NCBI GenBank assembly: GCA_009929275.1
Contig: SAAW01000004.1
Location: 1 to 57,306, forward strand
DNA from: Clostridia bacterium
Lineage (GTDB): Bacteria; Bacillota; Clostridia; Christensenellales; UBA1242
Direction: 5' to 3'
Length of the DNA: 57,306 bases
The notes under the pieces are model-generated. The model saw nothing but the letters and a program-made list of their open reading frames with translations, did no database searches and was not told where the DNA came from. Numbering within the stretch: position 1 is the stretch's first letter; each line of letters begins with the position of its first letter. The position numbers and the translations under genes were made by a program. This document shows positions 1 to 8,400 of the stretch, piece by piece.

Positions 1-720
1 GCGGGGACGAGTGTTGGCTCTCTCATCGGAGCAATTTATTGTTCCGGGAAAACAATCGAAGAGATGATGGAAATTGCAAAAGGTGTGAGAGTGAAAGACA
101 TCAGAAAAAGCAAGTTTTTCTTGCCTTCAAAAACAGACGGCTTGATTGATTTTATGAAAGAAAGCATAGGAGAAGTCAACATTAGTGATTTGAAAATTCC
201 ATATGCAGCGGTGGCGGTTGATTTGATTTCTGGCAGTGAACTTGTGTTCACAAAGGGCAATGTTGCAAAGATTGTGGCGGGGAGTTGTGCAGTTCCGGGC
301 GTTTTCGTGCCTGTGGAATATGAAGACTATCACCTTGTCGACGGCGGACTTCAAAACAACATTCCGTCTGACGTCCCCAGATATTTTGGCTGTGACTATG
401 TTGTGGCTATCGACGTGAATGCCACAAGAGGCGAGGGAACAGAATCTTTGAAACTTGTCGATGTGCTTTTGGCAACTGTTAGGATAATGACAAAAAGTAA
501 TGTTGTGAAGGGATATATGAATGCCGACATTGTCATCAAGCCCAGCCTAAAAAAATATAAATCAACAAAACTAGACGAGGTGGACGCTATGTTTGCACAG
601 GGATATATGGCAGGGATAGACGCAGTGGAGAAGATTTTAAATCTTATCTCTAAAAAACCAAAGAGATTTCACAGAAAAAAATTTGAAGTTATCACCGAAA
701 ACAAGCCAATTATTTTGTGA
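1..720 (+). CDS. patatin-like phospholipase (5' end lies outside the window)
   Basis: Frame 1 is open from nt 1. Nt 1-63 translate to AGTSVGSLIGAIYCSGKTIEE, giving the patatin G-x-S-x-G nucleophile motif (GTSVG). The catalytic Asp motif HLVDGG lies downstream. Stop TGA at 718-720. Confidence 0.85.
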   Translation, partial: AGTSVGSLIGAIYCSGKTIEEMMEIAKGVRVKDIRKSKFFLPSKTDGLIDFMKESIGEVNISDLKIPYAAVAVDLISGSELVFTKGNVAKIVAGSCAVPGVFVPVEYEDYHLVDGGLQNNIPSDVPRYFGCDYVVAIDVNATRGEGTESLKLVDVLLATVRIMTKSNVVKGYMNADIVIKPSLKKYKSTKLDEVDAMFAQGYMAGIDAVEKILNLISKKPKRFHRKKFEVITENKPIIL

Positions 721-761
721 AAAAATAAAGACATTTTGTTTTATAATAAAGGAAGAAACCC

Positions 762-1898
762 TTGAAGAAAAAGAAAAATAATTTAGAAAAAATTATTCTT
801 GGGAAGAAGAAAGATAAAAAAAGAGAAAAAAATTTTTATATAAAATTTTTTATATATTCTTTTTTTTGGCTGGGACTTTTGTTCACACTGTTTTTTAGTT
901 CGTCTATTGAAAGTATTTTAAACAAAACGGAATTTGACTTTTCAAGTGCTATTTTGAGCGGAAGTTATAGAGTGCATTTCATCGACGTTGGACAAGGTGA
1001 TTGCATTTTGGTGGAGTTGCCAGACGACAAAACACTTGTGATAGACAGCGGACCAAGTTCGAGCGAAAACGAAGTTATGGAATATATTAATGCCTTAAAA
1101 ATATCAACAATAGACTACTTCATTCTCACTCACACGGACAGCGACCATATTGGAAATGCTGTGGCTATTTTTGAAAATCTTGACGTTATAAATGTGTTTG
1201 TCCCAAAGATATATTCAAGCTATGAGGTGGAGCAAGGCTTGAACAGTGAAACTTTTAATGTGGTGACGACTGACATTTGGAGCAATGTGACGCAGGCAAT
1301 TTATAACGAAACTTGCCTTGAAAATAAGACATATAATTTCACCGAGGAAACGATTTTTGGGGAAAATTATTCTTTTGTGTTCTATTCTCCTTTTGAAGAT
1401 GTGATTTCGAATGTGAACAATTATAGCCCAATAATTATGGCAAACATTGAAGGGACTAAATTCATTTTCACAGGCGACGCAACTTCAAGTGTGGAAAATA
1501 ATTTTTTGAGCAATTATTCTCAATTGGTGGAAAGTGATTTTTTTGACTGTGACGTCTTAAAAGTGGGGCATCATGGGAGCGCAACTTCCACAACTGTCCC
1601 ATTTTTGCAGGCAATTTCGGCGGAGTATGCAGTGATAAGTGTTGGAATAGACAATTCCTATTCTCACCCACGAGATGAAGTCTTAAACAATCTCTTTGAT
1701 GCGGGCTGTGAAGTTTTAAGAACGGACACTATGGGAAGTGTTGTGATGACGACAAGCGAGGGTAATGTCATCAGTCAAACGGGATATAATAATTTAAGCA
1801 GGTTTATTGTTCAGTGGGATATTTTTGTGCTGGGTGGCGGAATAATTTTGGTGTGTTTGGCGTTTGTTTTTTTTAAAATTAAAGTTAAAAAGATGTAA
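762..1898 (+). CDS. membrane-anchored MBL-fold hydrolase, ComEC/Rec2 C-terminal-domain-like
   Basis: TTG start 7 nt after AAAGGAAG. N- and C-terminal TM segments. Metallo-beta-lactamase motifs HFIDVGQGDC, HTDSDHIG and KVGHHGS. Confidence 0.8.
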   Translation: MKKKKNNLEKIILGKKKDKKREKNFYIKFFIYSFFWLGLLFTLFFSSSIESILNKTEFDFSSAILSGSYRVHFIDVGQGDCILVELPDDKTLVIDSGPSSSENEVMEYINALKISTIDYFILTHTDSDHIGNAVAIFENLDVINVFVPKIYSSYEVEQGLNSETFNVVTTDIWSNVTQAIYNETCLENKTYNFTEETIFGENYSFVFYSPFEDVISNVNNYSPIIMANIEGTKFIFTGDATSSVENNFLSNYSQLVESDFFDCDVLKVGHHGSATSTTVPFLQAISAEYAVISVGIDNSYSHPRDEVLNNLFDAGCEVLRTDTMGSVVMTTSEGNVISQTGYNNLSRFIVQWDIFVLGGGIILVCLAFVFFKIKVKKM

Positions 1899-1946
1899 AT
1901 TTTGTTTCAAAAATATAACCATATTTGACAAATTTCACTAACTTAA

Positions 1947-1975
1947 AGGCAGTTGTAAAAAGCAACTGTTTTTTT
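1947..1975 (+). terminator. intrinsic terminator after the MBL-fold gene
   Basis: Perfect stem CAGTTG (1950-1955) / CAACTG (1963-1968), 7-nt loop, followed by a T7 run. Confidence 0.8.
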
Positions 1976-2012
1976 ATAATTTTTTTAATTTGTGCAAGTG
2001 TGACAAAGAAAA

Positions 2013-2071
2013 CCACAACATATGGTATTTTTAGTTTTTGTATTGACACTATATATAGTGAGTGGTAAATT
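2013..2071 (+). promoter_or_regulatory. nrdD promoter with two NrdR boxes
   Basis: ACACTATATATAGTGA (2046-2061) matches 15/16 of the NrdR-box palindrome acaCwAtATaTwGtgt. CCACAACATATGGTAT (2013-2028) matches 12/16. Centre-to-centre spacing is 33 bp. -35 TTGACA at 2043-2048, 17-nt spacer, TGgTAAATT at 2063-2071, so box 2 fills the spacer. Confidence 0.7.
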
Positions 2072-2107
2072 TTATCTATCATTAAAAAAGGAGTTTGTGA
2101 ACATAAG

Positions 2108-4228
2108 ATGATTACACAAGTTAGAAAAAGAGACGGAAAGATTGAAAAATATGAGAGGGAGAAAATTACAAATGCAATCTTCAAAGCGGCAGTTGCTTGC
2201 AATGGAAACGACAGGGGTATTGCCGAGGATTTAGCAAAGCAAGTGGAGAAGATTTTGTTTGAAAATTTTGACTCCAAAACTCCTTCAGTGGAACAAGTTC
2301 AGGACATTGTGGAAAAAGTGCTGGTGGAAAATAGGCACGCAAAAGTGGCAAAAGCATTCATTCTTTACAGAGAAAAAAGAAACGCAGCAAGAGAACTCAA
2401 CGCTCTCACTGGTGCGACGATAGACCTTTTTTCAAAATATCTCGACAATGCCGACTGGGCAGTGAAAGAAAATGCGAATATGCAACACAGTGTTGCCGGG
2501 CTGAACAACTATGTTCGTGAGAATTTCACCAAAAGTTATTGGCTTAATGAGATTTATCCACAAGAAGTTCGTGAGGCTCACGAAAGTGGGGCAATGCACT
2601 TGCACGACCTTGGATTTTTCGGGGCATATTGTGTGGGCTGGGATTTAAGACAGATTTTGACAGACGGCTTCACAGGTGTGCCAAAGAAGATGTCAAGCAA
2701 GCCACCAAAGCATTTGCGAACTTTTTTGGGGCAAGTTGTCAATGCAACTTTTACCACGCAAGGCGAGACTGCGGGAGCGCAAGCATGGAGCAGTTTTGAC
2801 ACATATTGTGCACCATTTGTGAAGAAAGACAATATGACTTATAAAGAAGTGAAACAGGCTTTGCAGGAGTTTATTTTTAATATGAATGTGCCGACTCGTG
2901 TCGGATTTCAATGTCCTTTTTCCAACATTACCCTTGACATAAAATGCCCAAAAACTTTGGCAGACCAACCAGTTGTGATTGGCGGAGAATTGCAAGAAAG
3001 CACTTATGGCGAATTTGGCAAGGAAATGGAGATGATAAATAAGGCTTTTTGCGAAGTTATGCTTGAAGGTGATTCAAAGGGCAGAGTGTTCACTTTCCCC
3101 ATTCCCACAATCAATGTGACAAAAGACTTTGAATGGGACAGCGATATTGTCAATTCCATTATGGAAATAACTTGCAAATATGGCATTCCATATTTTGCAA
3201 ACTATGTCAATTCAGACTTGTCGCCCGATGACGCCGTTTCAATGTGTTGCAGACTAAGGCTTGACGTGTCGCAACTCAGAAAGCGTGGTGGTGGGCTCTT
3301 TGGTTCAAATCCGCTCACTGGCTCAATTGGCGTTGTGACGATAAATTTGCCCCGCATTGGATACCTTGCCGTTGATGAGAAAGAGTATTTTGCAATGCTC
3401 TCAAAATATGCCGATATTGCCAAGAATTCTCTTGAAATTAAGAGAAAAGTGGTGGAAGACCAAACGGAAAAAGGACTCTATCCTTATTGCAGATTTTACT
3501 TGCGTGATGTGAAGAAAAGAACAGGCGGATATTGGTCAAATCACTTCAACACCATTGGCATTTTGGGAATGAACGAGAGTCTTCTCAACTTTATGGGCAA
3601 AGATATAACAACGAAAGAAGGGCAGGAGTTTTCCATCAAAGTTATGAATTTTCTTAGGGAAAAAATGGTGGATTATCAAAAGGAAACAGATCATCAATAT
3701 AACCTTGAAGCCACTCCAGCAGAGGGCGTGAGTGCAAGACTTGCAAAGATTGATAAAAAGCGTTTTCCAGACATCATAACAGCAGGCAAAAATTCTGTGT
3801 GCTACACAAATTCCACTCAAATCCCAGTGGAATATAGCGACGACATTTTCAAAGTGATTGAGTTGCAAGACGAACTTCAATCGCTCTATACAGGTGGAAC
3901 AGTTTTGCACCTTTATCTTGGAGAAAGGATTGAAAACAAAGAAGTTTGCAAAAAACTCATCAAAAAGATTTTCACAATGTCAAAGATGCCATACATTTCA
4001 ATAACTCCAACTTTCAGCGTGTGCGAAAATCACGGTTACATTGCGGGAGAGCATTTCACCTGCCCAGAATGTGGCGAAAAGACGGAGGTTTGGTCGCGTG
4101 TTGTGGGATATTTACGTCCTGTGCAAGACTTTAATGAAAGCAAATTAGACGAATATATGCAAAGAAAGAAATTTGTGATTGGTGACGATATTGAAGTGGA
4201 CGATTGTTTGAGTGATTTTAAGAGTTGA
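2108..4228 (+). CDS. nrdD: anaerobic ribonucleoside-triphosphate reductase (class III RNR)
   Basis: 706 aa. N-terminal ATP-cone (VRKRDGKIEKYEREKITNAI), C-terminal Zn-ribbon (CENHG...CPECG) and glycyl-radical motif RVVGYLRP. Followed by nrdG. Confidence 0.95.
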   Translation: MITQVRKRDGKIEKYEREKITNAIFKAAVACNGNDRGIAEDLAKQVEKILFENFDSKTPSVEQVQDIVEKVLVENRHAKVAKAFILYREKRNAARELNALTGATIDLFSKYLDNADWAVKENANMQHSVAGLNNYVRENFTKSYWLNEIYPQEVREAHESGAMHLHDLGFFGAYCVGWDLRQILTDGFTGVPKKMSSKPPKHLRTFLGQVVNATFTTQGETAGAQAWSSFDTYCAPFVKKDNMTYKEVKQALQEFIFNMNVPTRVGFQCPFSNITLDIKCPKTLADQPVVIGGELQESTYGEFGKEMEMINKAFCEVMLEGDSKGRVFTFPIPTINVTKDFEWDSDIVNSIMEITCKYGIPYFANYVNSDLSPDDAVSMCCRLRLDVSQLRKRGGGLFGSNPLTGSIGVVTINLPRIGYLAVDEKEYFAMLSKYADIAKNSLEIKRKVVEDQTEKGLYPYCRFYLRDVKKRTGGYWSNHFNTIGILGMNESLLNFMGKDITTKEGQEFSIKVMNFLREKMVDYQKETDHQYNLEATPAEGVSARLAKIDKKRFPDIITAGKNSVCYTNSTQIPVEYSDDIFKVIELQDELQSLYTGGTVLHLYLGERIENKEVCKKLIKKIFTMSKMPYISITPTFSVCENHGYIAGEHFTCPECGEKTEVWSRVVGYLRPVQDFNESKLDEYMQRKKFVIGDDIEVDDCLSDFKS

Positions 4229-4318
4229 AAATAAAAAAAAGCGGGGCAATGAAAAGCCTCTCTTTTATCAAAATTAAGATGACAATAGTTTAAAAATTAA
4301 AAAAGGAGATGTGAACAT

Positions 4319-4996
4319 ATGAACATTGGAGGAATGGTTAAAAATTCTTTTGTAGATTATCCAGCCAAAATCGCTTGCGTGTTTTTCACGACGGGGTGTA
4401 ATTTCAGATGTCCATATTGTCACAATCCCCAATTGTTTGAAAGTTCCCCAAAAATTACAGAGGAAGACGCCTTGAATTTTTTGGAAAGTCACAAGACTTT
4501 TTTGGAGGGAGTGGTTGTTTCTGGCGGAGAGCCAACTTTGCAAAAAGACCTAAAAGATTTTATTATGAAAGCAAAGAAAATGGGCTATTTTGTAAAACTT
4601 GACACTAATGGCACAAATTTTGAAGTTTTGAGAGATTTGGTGGAAAATAAACTCGTTGATTATGTTGCGATGGACATCAAAGCCCCGATGAAAAAATATA
4701 TTTCGGTTGTCGGAAACACAGACAAACTGGACGAAGTGAAAAAATGCAGAGATTTTTTGCTTAATGGCACTGTTGATTATGAGTTTAGGACGACTTTTTC
4801 AAGCGATTTGACACTTAGTGATTTGGAAGAACTTTGCAAGGAAATTAAAGGTGCAAAGAATTTCAGTTTGCAAAAATGTAACGAGAATCTATCTAGCAAC
4901 AGTCCTGTGCCAGAGAAAAGTAAAGTCGTGCTTTTGCAAGGACTTGAAATTGCAAAAAAATATGTGAAAAATTGCCTTTTAAAAGGTGTGAATTAG
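4319..4996 (+). CDS. nrdG: anaerobic RNR activating protein (radical SAM)
   Basis: CNFRCPYCHN (CX3CX2C) cluster motif, GGEPTL motif, position directly after nrdD, SD AAGGAG. Confidence 0.9.
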   Translation: MNIGGMVKNSFVDYPAKIACVFFTTGCNFRCPYCHNPQLFESSPKITEEDALNFLESHKTFLEGVVVSGGEPTLQKDLKDFIMKAKKMGYFVKLDTNGTNFEVLRDLVENKLVDYVAMDIKAPMKKYISVVGNTDKLDEVKKCRDFLLNGTVDYEFRTTFSSDLTLSDLEELCKEIKGAKNFSLQKCNENLSSNSPVPEKSKVVLLQGLEIAKKYVKNCLLKGVN

Positions 4997-5004
4997 ATTT
5001 TTTT

Positions 5005-5049
5005 TATTTTTTCTCTTTTTCTCTTTTTCTCTTTTTCTCTTTTTTTCTC
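5005..5049. repeat. (CTCTTTTT)n microsatellite
   Basis: Four perfect 8-bp units at 5013-5044 plus a partial fifth unit, in the nrdG-floA spacer. Confidence 0.9.
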
Positions 5050-5116
5050 AAACAAGTTTAGTTAGCCTTTTATTGATTAAAAAAGTAATTAGAAAAACAA
5101 TAAAAATATAAATAAT

Positions 5117-5149
5117 CCCTCAAAATTGGGGGTTTATTTTTGTTTTTTT
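5117..5149 (+). terminator. putative terminator of the nrdDG operon
   Basis: Stem CCCTCA (5117-5122) / TGGGGG (5127-5132, one G-U pair), loop AAAT, then a T-rich tail TTTATTTTTGTTTTTTT. Confidence 0.55.
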
Positions 5150-5152
5150 GTG

Positions 5153-5161
5153 TGGTATAAT
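5153..5161 (+). promoter_or_regulatory. extended -10 promoter element for floA
   Basis: TGgTATAAT (perfect TGnTATAAT) lies 25 nt upstream of the 5186 ATG. The -35 is weak. Confidence 0.5.
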
Positions 5162-5185
5162 AGCAGTGTTAAAGGAAAAAATGAT

Positions 5186-6214
5186 ATGTTTTTAGATTAC
5201 CTTTGGCTTTTAATTTTAGGTGTGATTTTTGTTGCGTCCGTGATTATATTTTGCATTCTCGTGCCTGTTAAAGTGTGGCTGAAAGCAATTTTTTCGGGCG
5301 TGAGAGTTAGTCCACGCGTTCTTTCAAGTTTGAAGTTAAGAAAAATTAACGCAAATTTGATTGTCGATGAATATATTTATGCCATAAAGGCGGGCATTCA
5401 AGTCGCCCTTGGAGATTTGGAGACTCACTTTATCAGCGGGGGAAACATAAGAAATGTGGTGGACGCTATGATTGCCACAAAAAATGTGTCTGTTGATTTG
5501 TCTGTCGACACAGCAAAGGCAATTGACTTGTCGGGTGCAAATGTAAGCGAGATTGTGAATGAATCCATAACTCCAAAAGAGATTGTCACGCCAGTCATCT
5601 CTGCTTTTACGATGGACGGAGTGGAGATTTTGGTGACATTGAGCATAACACTTAAAACAAACCTTGAGAAATTTCTTGGTGGAGCAAAGGAAAAAACAAT
5701 CATCTCTCGTGCAACTGAGGGGGTGGTGTGCATCGTTTCCAGTGCCAAAGAAGCCACGGAAATTTTGCAAAATGTTGACCTTATCTCAAACTTTGTGCAG
5801 ACGAGAAATATTGATGAAAAAACTGCTTATGATTTGCTGAGTGTGGACATTTTGAAGTTGGAAAGGGGCAGAGATTTGAAACAAGAGCATGCCGAATATG
5901 AACGGGACAGAAGAAATCAGGAGACTGTTTTAAAAGTTGAAGAAGAAAAATTGCTTTATATTTTGGAGCAGGAAAAACTCAAAGCAAAAGCGGAACAGGA
6001 ACGACTCAACCGTGCAAAGTTGGAAGCAGAAGTGCCAAAAGCACTTTTGAAGGCTTTTGAAAATGGAAAAATTGAAGCGATGGACTATTATAAAATGCAA
6101 AATATCATCGCCGACACAAATATGCGTAAGGCACTTTCAGAAACTCCTGCAAAAGCACCTGAAACAAAAAAGATTAAGTTTGACTTTGAAAGCGACGACG
6201 ATGACGAAAAATAA
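5186..6214 (+). CDS. floA: flotillin-like protein FloA (SPFH domain)
   Basis: ATG at 5186 follows AAAGGAAAAA. The longer 5126 start would lie inside the upstream terminator and promoter. N-terminal TM and FloA-typical C-terminus EAEVPKALLKAFENGKIEAMDYYKMQNIIADTNMR. Confidence 0.85.
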   Translation: MFLDYLWLLILGVIFVASVIIFCILVPVKVWLKAIFSGVRVSPRVLSSLKLRKINANLIVDEYIYAIKAGIQVALGDLETHFISGGNIRNVVDAMIATKNVSVDLSVDTAKAIDLSGANVSEIVNESITPKEIVTPVISAFTMDGVEILVTLSITLKTNLEKFLGGAKEKTIISRATEGVVCIVSSAKEATEILQNVDLISNFVQTRNIDEKTAYDLLSVDILKLERGRDLKQEHAEYERDRRNQETVLKVEEEKLLYILEQEKLKAKAEQERLNRAKLEAEVPKALLKAFENGKIEAMDYYKMQNIIADTNMRKALSETPAKAPETKKIKFDFESDDDDEK

Positions 6215-6233
6215 TTTATAGGGAGAAAAAACT

Positions 6234-6950
6234 ATGTTTGTTACACTTGCAATTGTATGTATATGTTTTTTTATTCTCTCTTTTTCTCTGCTTTTTTGGA
6301 AAAAACTGGGGAAGTTTTTCAATTCAATTTTAAAATTTTTTAATAAACTTTTTCGTATAAAAAAGAAAAAAAAAGAGCGTCTTAAAGCAAGCAAAAGCCA
6401 AATTGTCCCAAAATTGATCACTGCAAACAAGAGTGTTGACGCTTTAAAAGAAGACCCAAAACAAGAAAAAACTGTGATTGTTGGTGAAAAAAACATTGAA
6501 AACCCCTTCGTAAAAATTTCTGAAGAACTTCCTTTAAGAAAAATTGTGGAAGATGAAAAATTTGAAGAAAAAATGAAGTTGCCCGAAAAAAAGTTTTCTC
6601 TTTCTCTTGAAGAAACACAAAGAAATAAATTGATGGCAAAAGAACGCCTTGAACTTGATGAAGAACTAGAAAAGTTAACAAAGAATTTTTATATTGACGA
6701 GAAAAAATCCGAAGATAAAGTCAGTATGTTTGAAAAAAAGAAACATCTTCCAAATTTCATCTTAAATAGAACCCAAGAAGATGAAAAAGCAATTTTAAGC
6801 AAAAGAAAAATGAGCAATTTCACTGATTTTGCTGAAAATAAAAATTCCACAGAGATAGTGATTGATAATGAAAAGATTGATTTGGGAAAGTTGCCAACAA
6901 ACATCAAAAAACTTCTCATATCTGGAATTTTGGATAGGAAAGATTTTTAG
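6234..6950 (+). CDS. hypothetical membrane-anchored K/E-rich protein
   Basis: SD GGGAGA. One N-terminal TM (LAIVCICFFILSFSLLFW) followed by a low-complexity charged region. Starts 20 nt after floA, so likely co-transcribed. Confidence 0.6.
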   Translation: MFVTLAIVCICFFILSFSLLFWKKLGKFFNSILKFFNKLFRIKKKKKERLKASKSQIVPKLITANKSVDALKEDPKQEKTVIVGEKNIENPFVKISEELPLRKIVEDEKFEEKMKLPEKKFSLSLEETQRNKLMAKERLELDEELEKLTKNFYIDEKKSEDKVSMFEKKKHLPNFILNRTQEDEKAILSKRKMSNFTDFAENKNSTEIVIDNEKIDLGKLPTNIKKLLISGILDRKDF

Positions 6951-7060
6951 GAAAATATTTTTGTAATAGTCTTTAAAAATTAAAAAATGCAAAATCAATA
7001 TTTGTTTGACAAAGTGGGCAAAATTTTATTATCATTAAGCATATGAAAAGAGGTGAAAAA

Positions 7061-7750
7061 ATGGAACCTTATTCTTTTGATGACATTACTGATAGACAAC
7101 TCAAAACTCTGGCTCACACACTTTCCACCATAGGCGGAACGGCAGAGCAGGTGCATTTTTTTAAGTCCGAACAAGATTGGGTTAACCTTTTTCCCGTTGA
7201 TATTGCAATAATTGAACCCACTGAAATTTTCGAATATTTTATTGTAACGACGGTGGGTTTGAGTGCGTTCAAATTCTCTGACGGCACCGCTAGAGCAGAA
7301 CTCATCATGCTTTTGCCAAAAGATTGGAAAGTAAATCCTTCCAAGCAGGAATATTTTTGGCCTGTGAAATTAATGAAAGACATTGCCCTTTCAGCCGTCA
7401 AAAACAAAGTTGGAGTTGTGCCACTTCAAGTCTATCAAATTCAGGAAGAAGAACCATATGAAACGACCAAATTTATTGGTGGAATTGTCAATTTGCCGGA
7501 ACTTTTCCCTGTGGAATATATTGATGAAAAGATTGGAGTTGATTACACGAGATTTTATCAAGTTGTCCCTATCACCAAAAAACAACTGGACAAGATTAAT
7601 GACATAGGTTCGGTAAAATTCATTCGATTTGACTTGCACGATGCAGAAGGCCCTTTGCTTAATGTGGAAGTGCCTGATGTCAAAAAAAATGAAGGGAAGA
7701 AGATTGACAGGATAATTTCTCACAATGAAAGAACTTTAAAAGGAAAATAG
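7061..7750 (+). CDS. suppressor-of-fused (SUFU)-like domain protein
   Basis: ATG at 7061 is preceded by AGAGGTGA (7043 is an alternative start). The pattern FIVTTVGLSAFKF...AELIMLLPKDWK...YFWPVKLMKDIA resembles bacterial SUFU-like proteins, recalled from memory and not searched. Confidence 0.5.
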   Translation: MEPYSFDDITDRQLKTLAHTLSTIGGTAEQVHFFKSEQDWVNLFPVDIAIIEPTEIFEYFIVTTVGLSAFKFSDGTARAELIMLLPKDWKVNPSKQEYFWPVKLMKDIALSAVKNKVGVVPLQVYQIQEEEPYETTKFIGGIVNLPELFPVEYIDEKIGVDYTRFYQVVPITKKQLDKINDIGSVKFIRFDLHDAEGPLLNVEVPDVKKNEGKKIDRIISHNERTLKGK

Positions 7751-7751
7751 A

Positions 7752-7773
7752 AAAAGGTGGCAAACCTTTTTTT
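7752..7773 (+). terminator. intrinsic terminator
   Basis: Stem AAAAGGT / ACCTTTT, loop GGCAA, then a T run. Confidence 0.6.
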
Positions 7774-7782
7774 AATAGAAAA

Positions 7783-8280
7783 ATGAAAAGAAGAATTTTG
7801 GGAATAGACCCCGGATTTGCGCTCGTTGGATATGGTGTGATAGACGAAGATTGTGGCGTTGTTTGTGCTGTGGACTATGGCGTCATCTCCACCACAAAAG
7901 ATGAAAATTTTACACTAAGACTTCAAAAAATTTATGACGGCATAATCCTTTTGATTGAAAAATATCAACCAGATGCAATCGCAATTGAGGAACTTTTCTT
8001 TTTCAAAAATCAGACGACTGTCATTCCTGTTGCGGAGGCAAGGGGCGTCATCGTGCTTGCAGGCAGGCAGAAAAATGTTGTAATGTATGAATACACACCT
8101 CTTCAAATTAAACAAGCCCTCACAGGAAACGGCAGAGCAGAGAAAAAGCAAATTCAATATATGGTCAAAAATATTTTAGGGCTATGTGAAGTGCCAAAAC
8201 CAGACGATGTGGCAGACGCAGTTGCGGTGGCTCTCACCCATTTGCAGACGAACAATGTGCTTTGCGACAACAGAATTTAA
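7783..8280 (+). CDS. ruvC: crossover junction endodeoxyribonuclease RuvC
   Basis: ILGIDPGFALVGYGVI (catalytic Asp), AIEELFF, DDVADAVAVALTH. 165 aa. Confidence 0.93.
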   Translation: MKRRILGIDPGFALVGYGVIDEDCGVVCAVDYGVISTTKDENFTLRLQKIYDGIILLIEKYQPDAIAIEELFFFKNQTTVIPVAEARGVIVLAGRQKNVVMYEYTPLQIKQALTGNGRAEKKQIQYMVKNILGLCEVPKPDDVADAVAVALTHLQTNNVLCDNRI

Positions 8281-8372
8281 ACAATGAGAAAATAGAATTT
8301 AAACAATTTGACAACAGAATTTAAACAAGGTGACAACAGAATTTAAACAATGCGACAACAAAAATTAAACAA
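8263..8372. repeat. 5 x 22-bp exact-period tandem repeat (nnnGACAACAGAATTTAAACAA)
   Basis: Units at 8263, 8285, 8307, 8329 and 8351. Unit 1 contains the last codons and the TAA stop of ruvC. Units 3 and 4 are identical over 19 nt. The array ends 29 nt before the ruvA ATG. Confidence 0.95.
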
Positions 8373-8400
8373 TTTGTGTTAGAATTAGAAAAGGGAAAAA

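Noticed and set aside
5126-5185. Longer N-terminal extension of floA given by the ORF track (TTG 5126)
   Set aside because: The extension overlaps the upstream terminator hairpin and the TGgTATAAT promoter element and encodes a non-FloA-like peptide. ATG 5186 has a properly spaced SD.
8263-8372. Possible CRISPR array or plasmid-type replication iterons
   Set aside because: The repeats are directly abutting with no spacers, so this is not a CRISPR array. No rep gene or DnaA boxes lie nearby, so an origin is unsupported. It is kept only as an unexplained tandem repeat.
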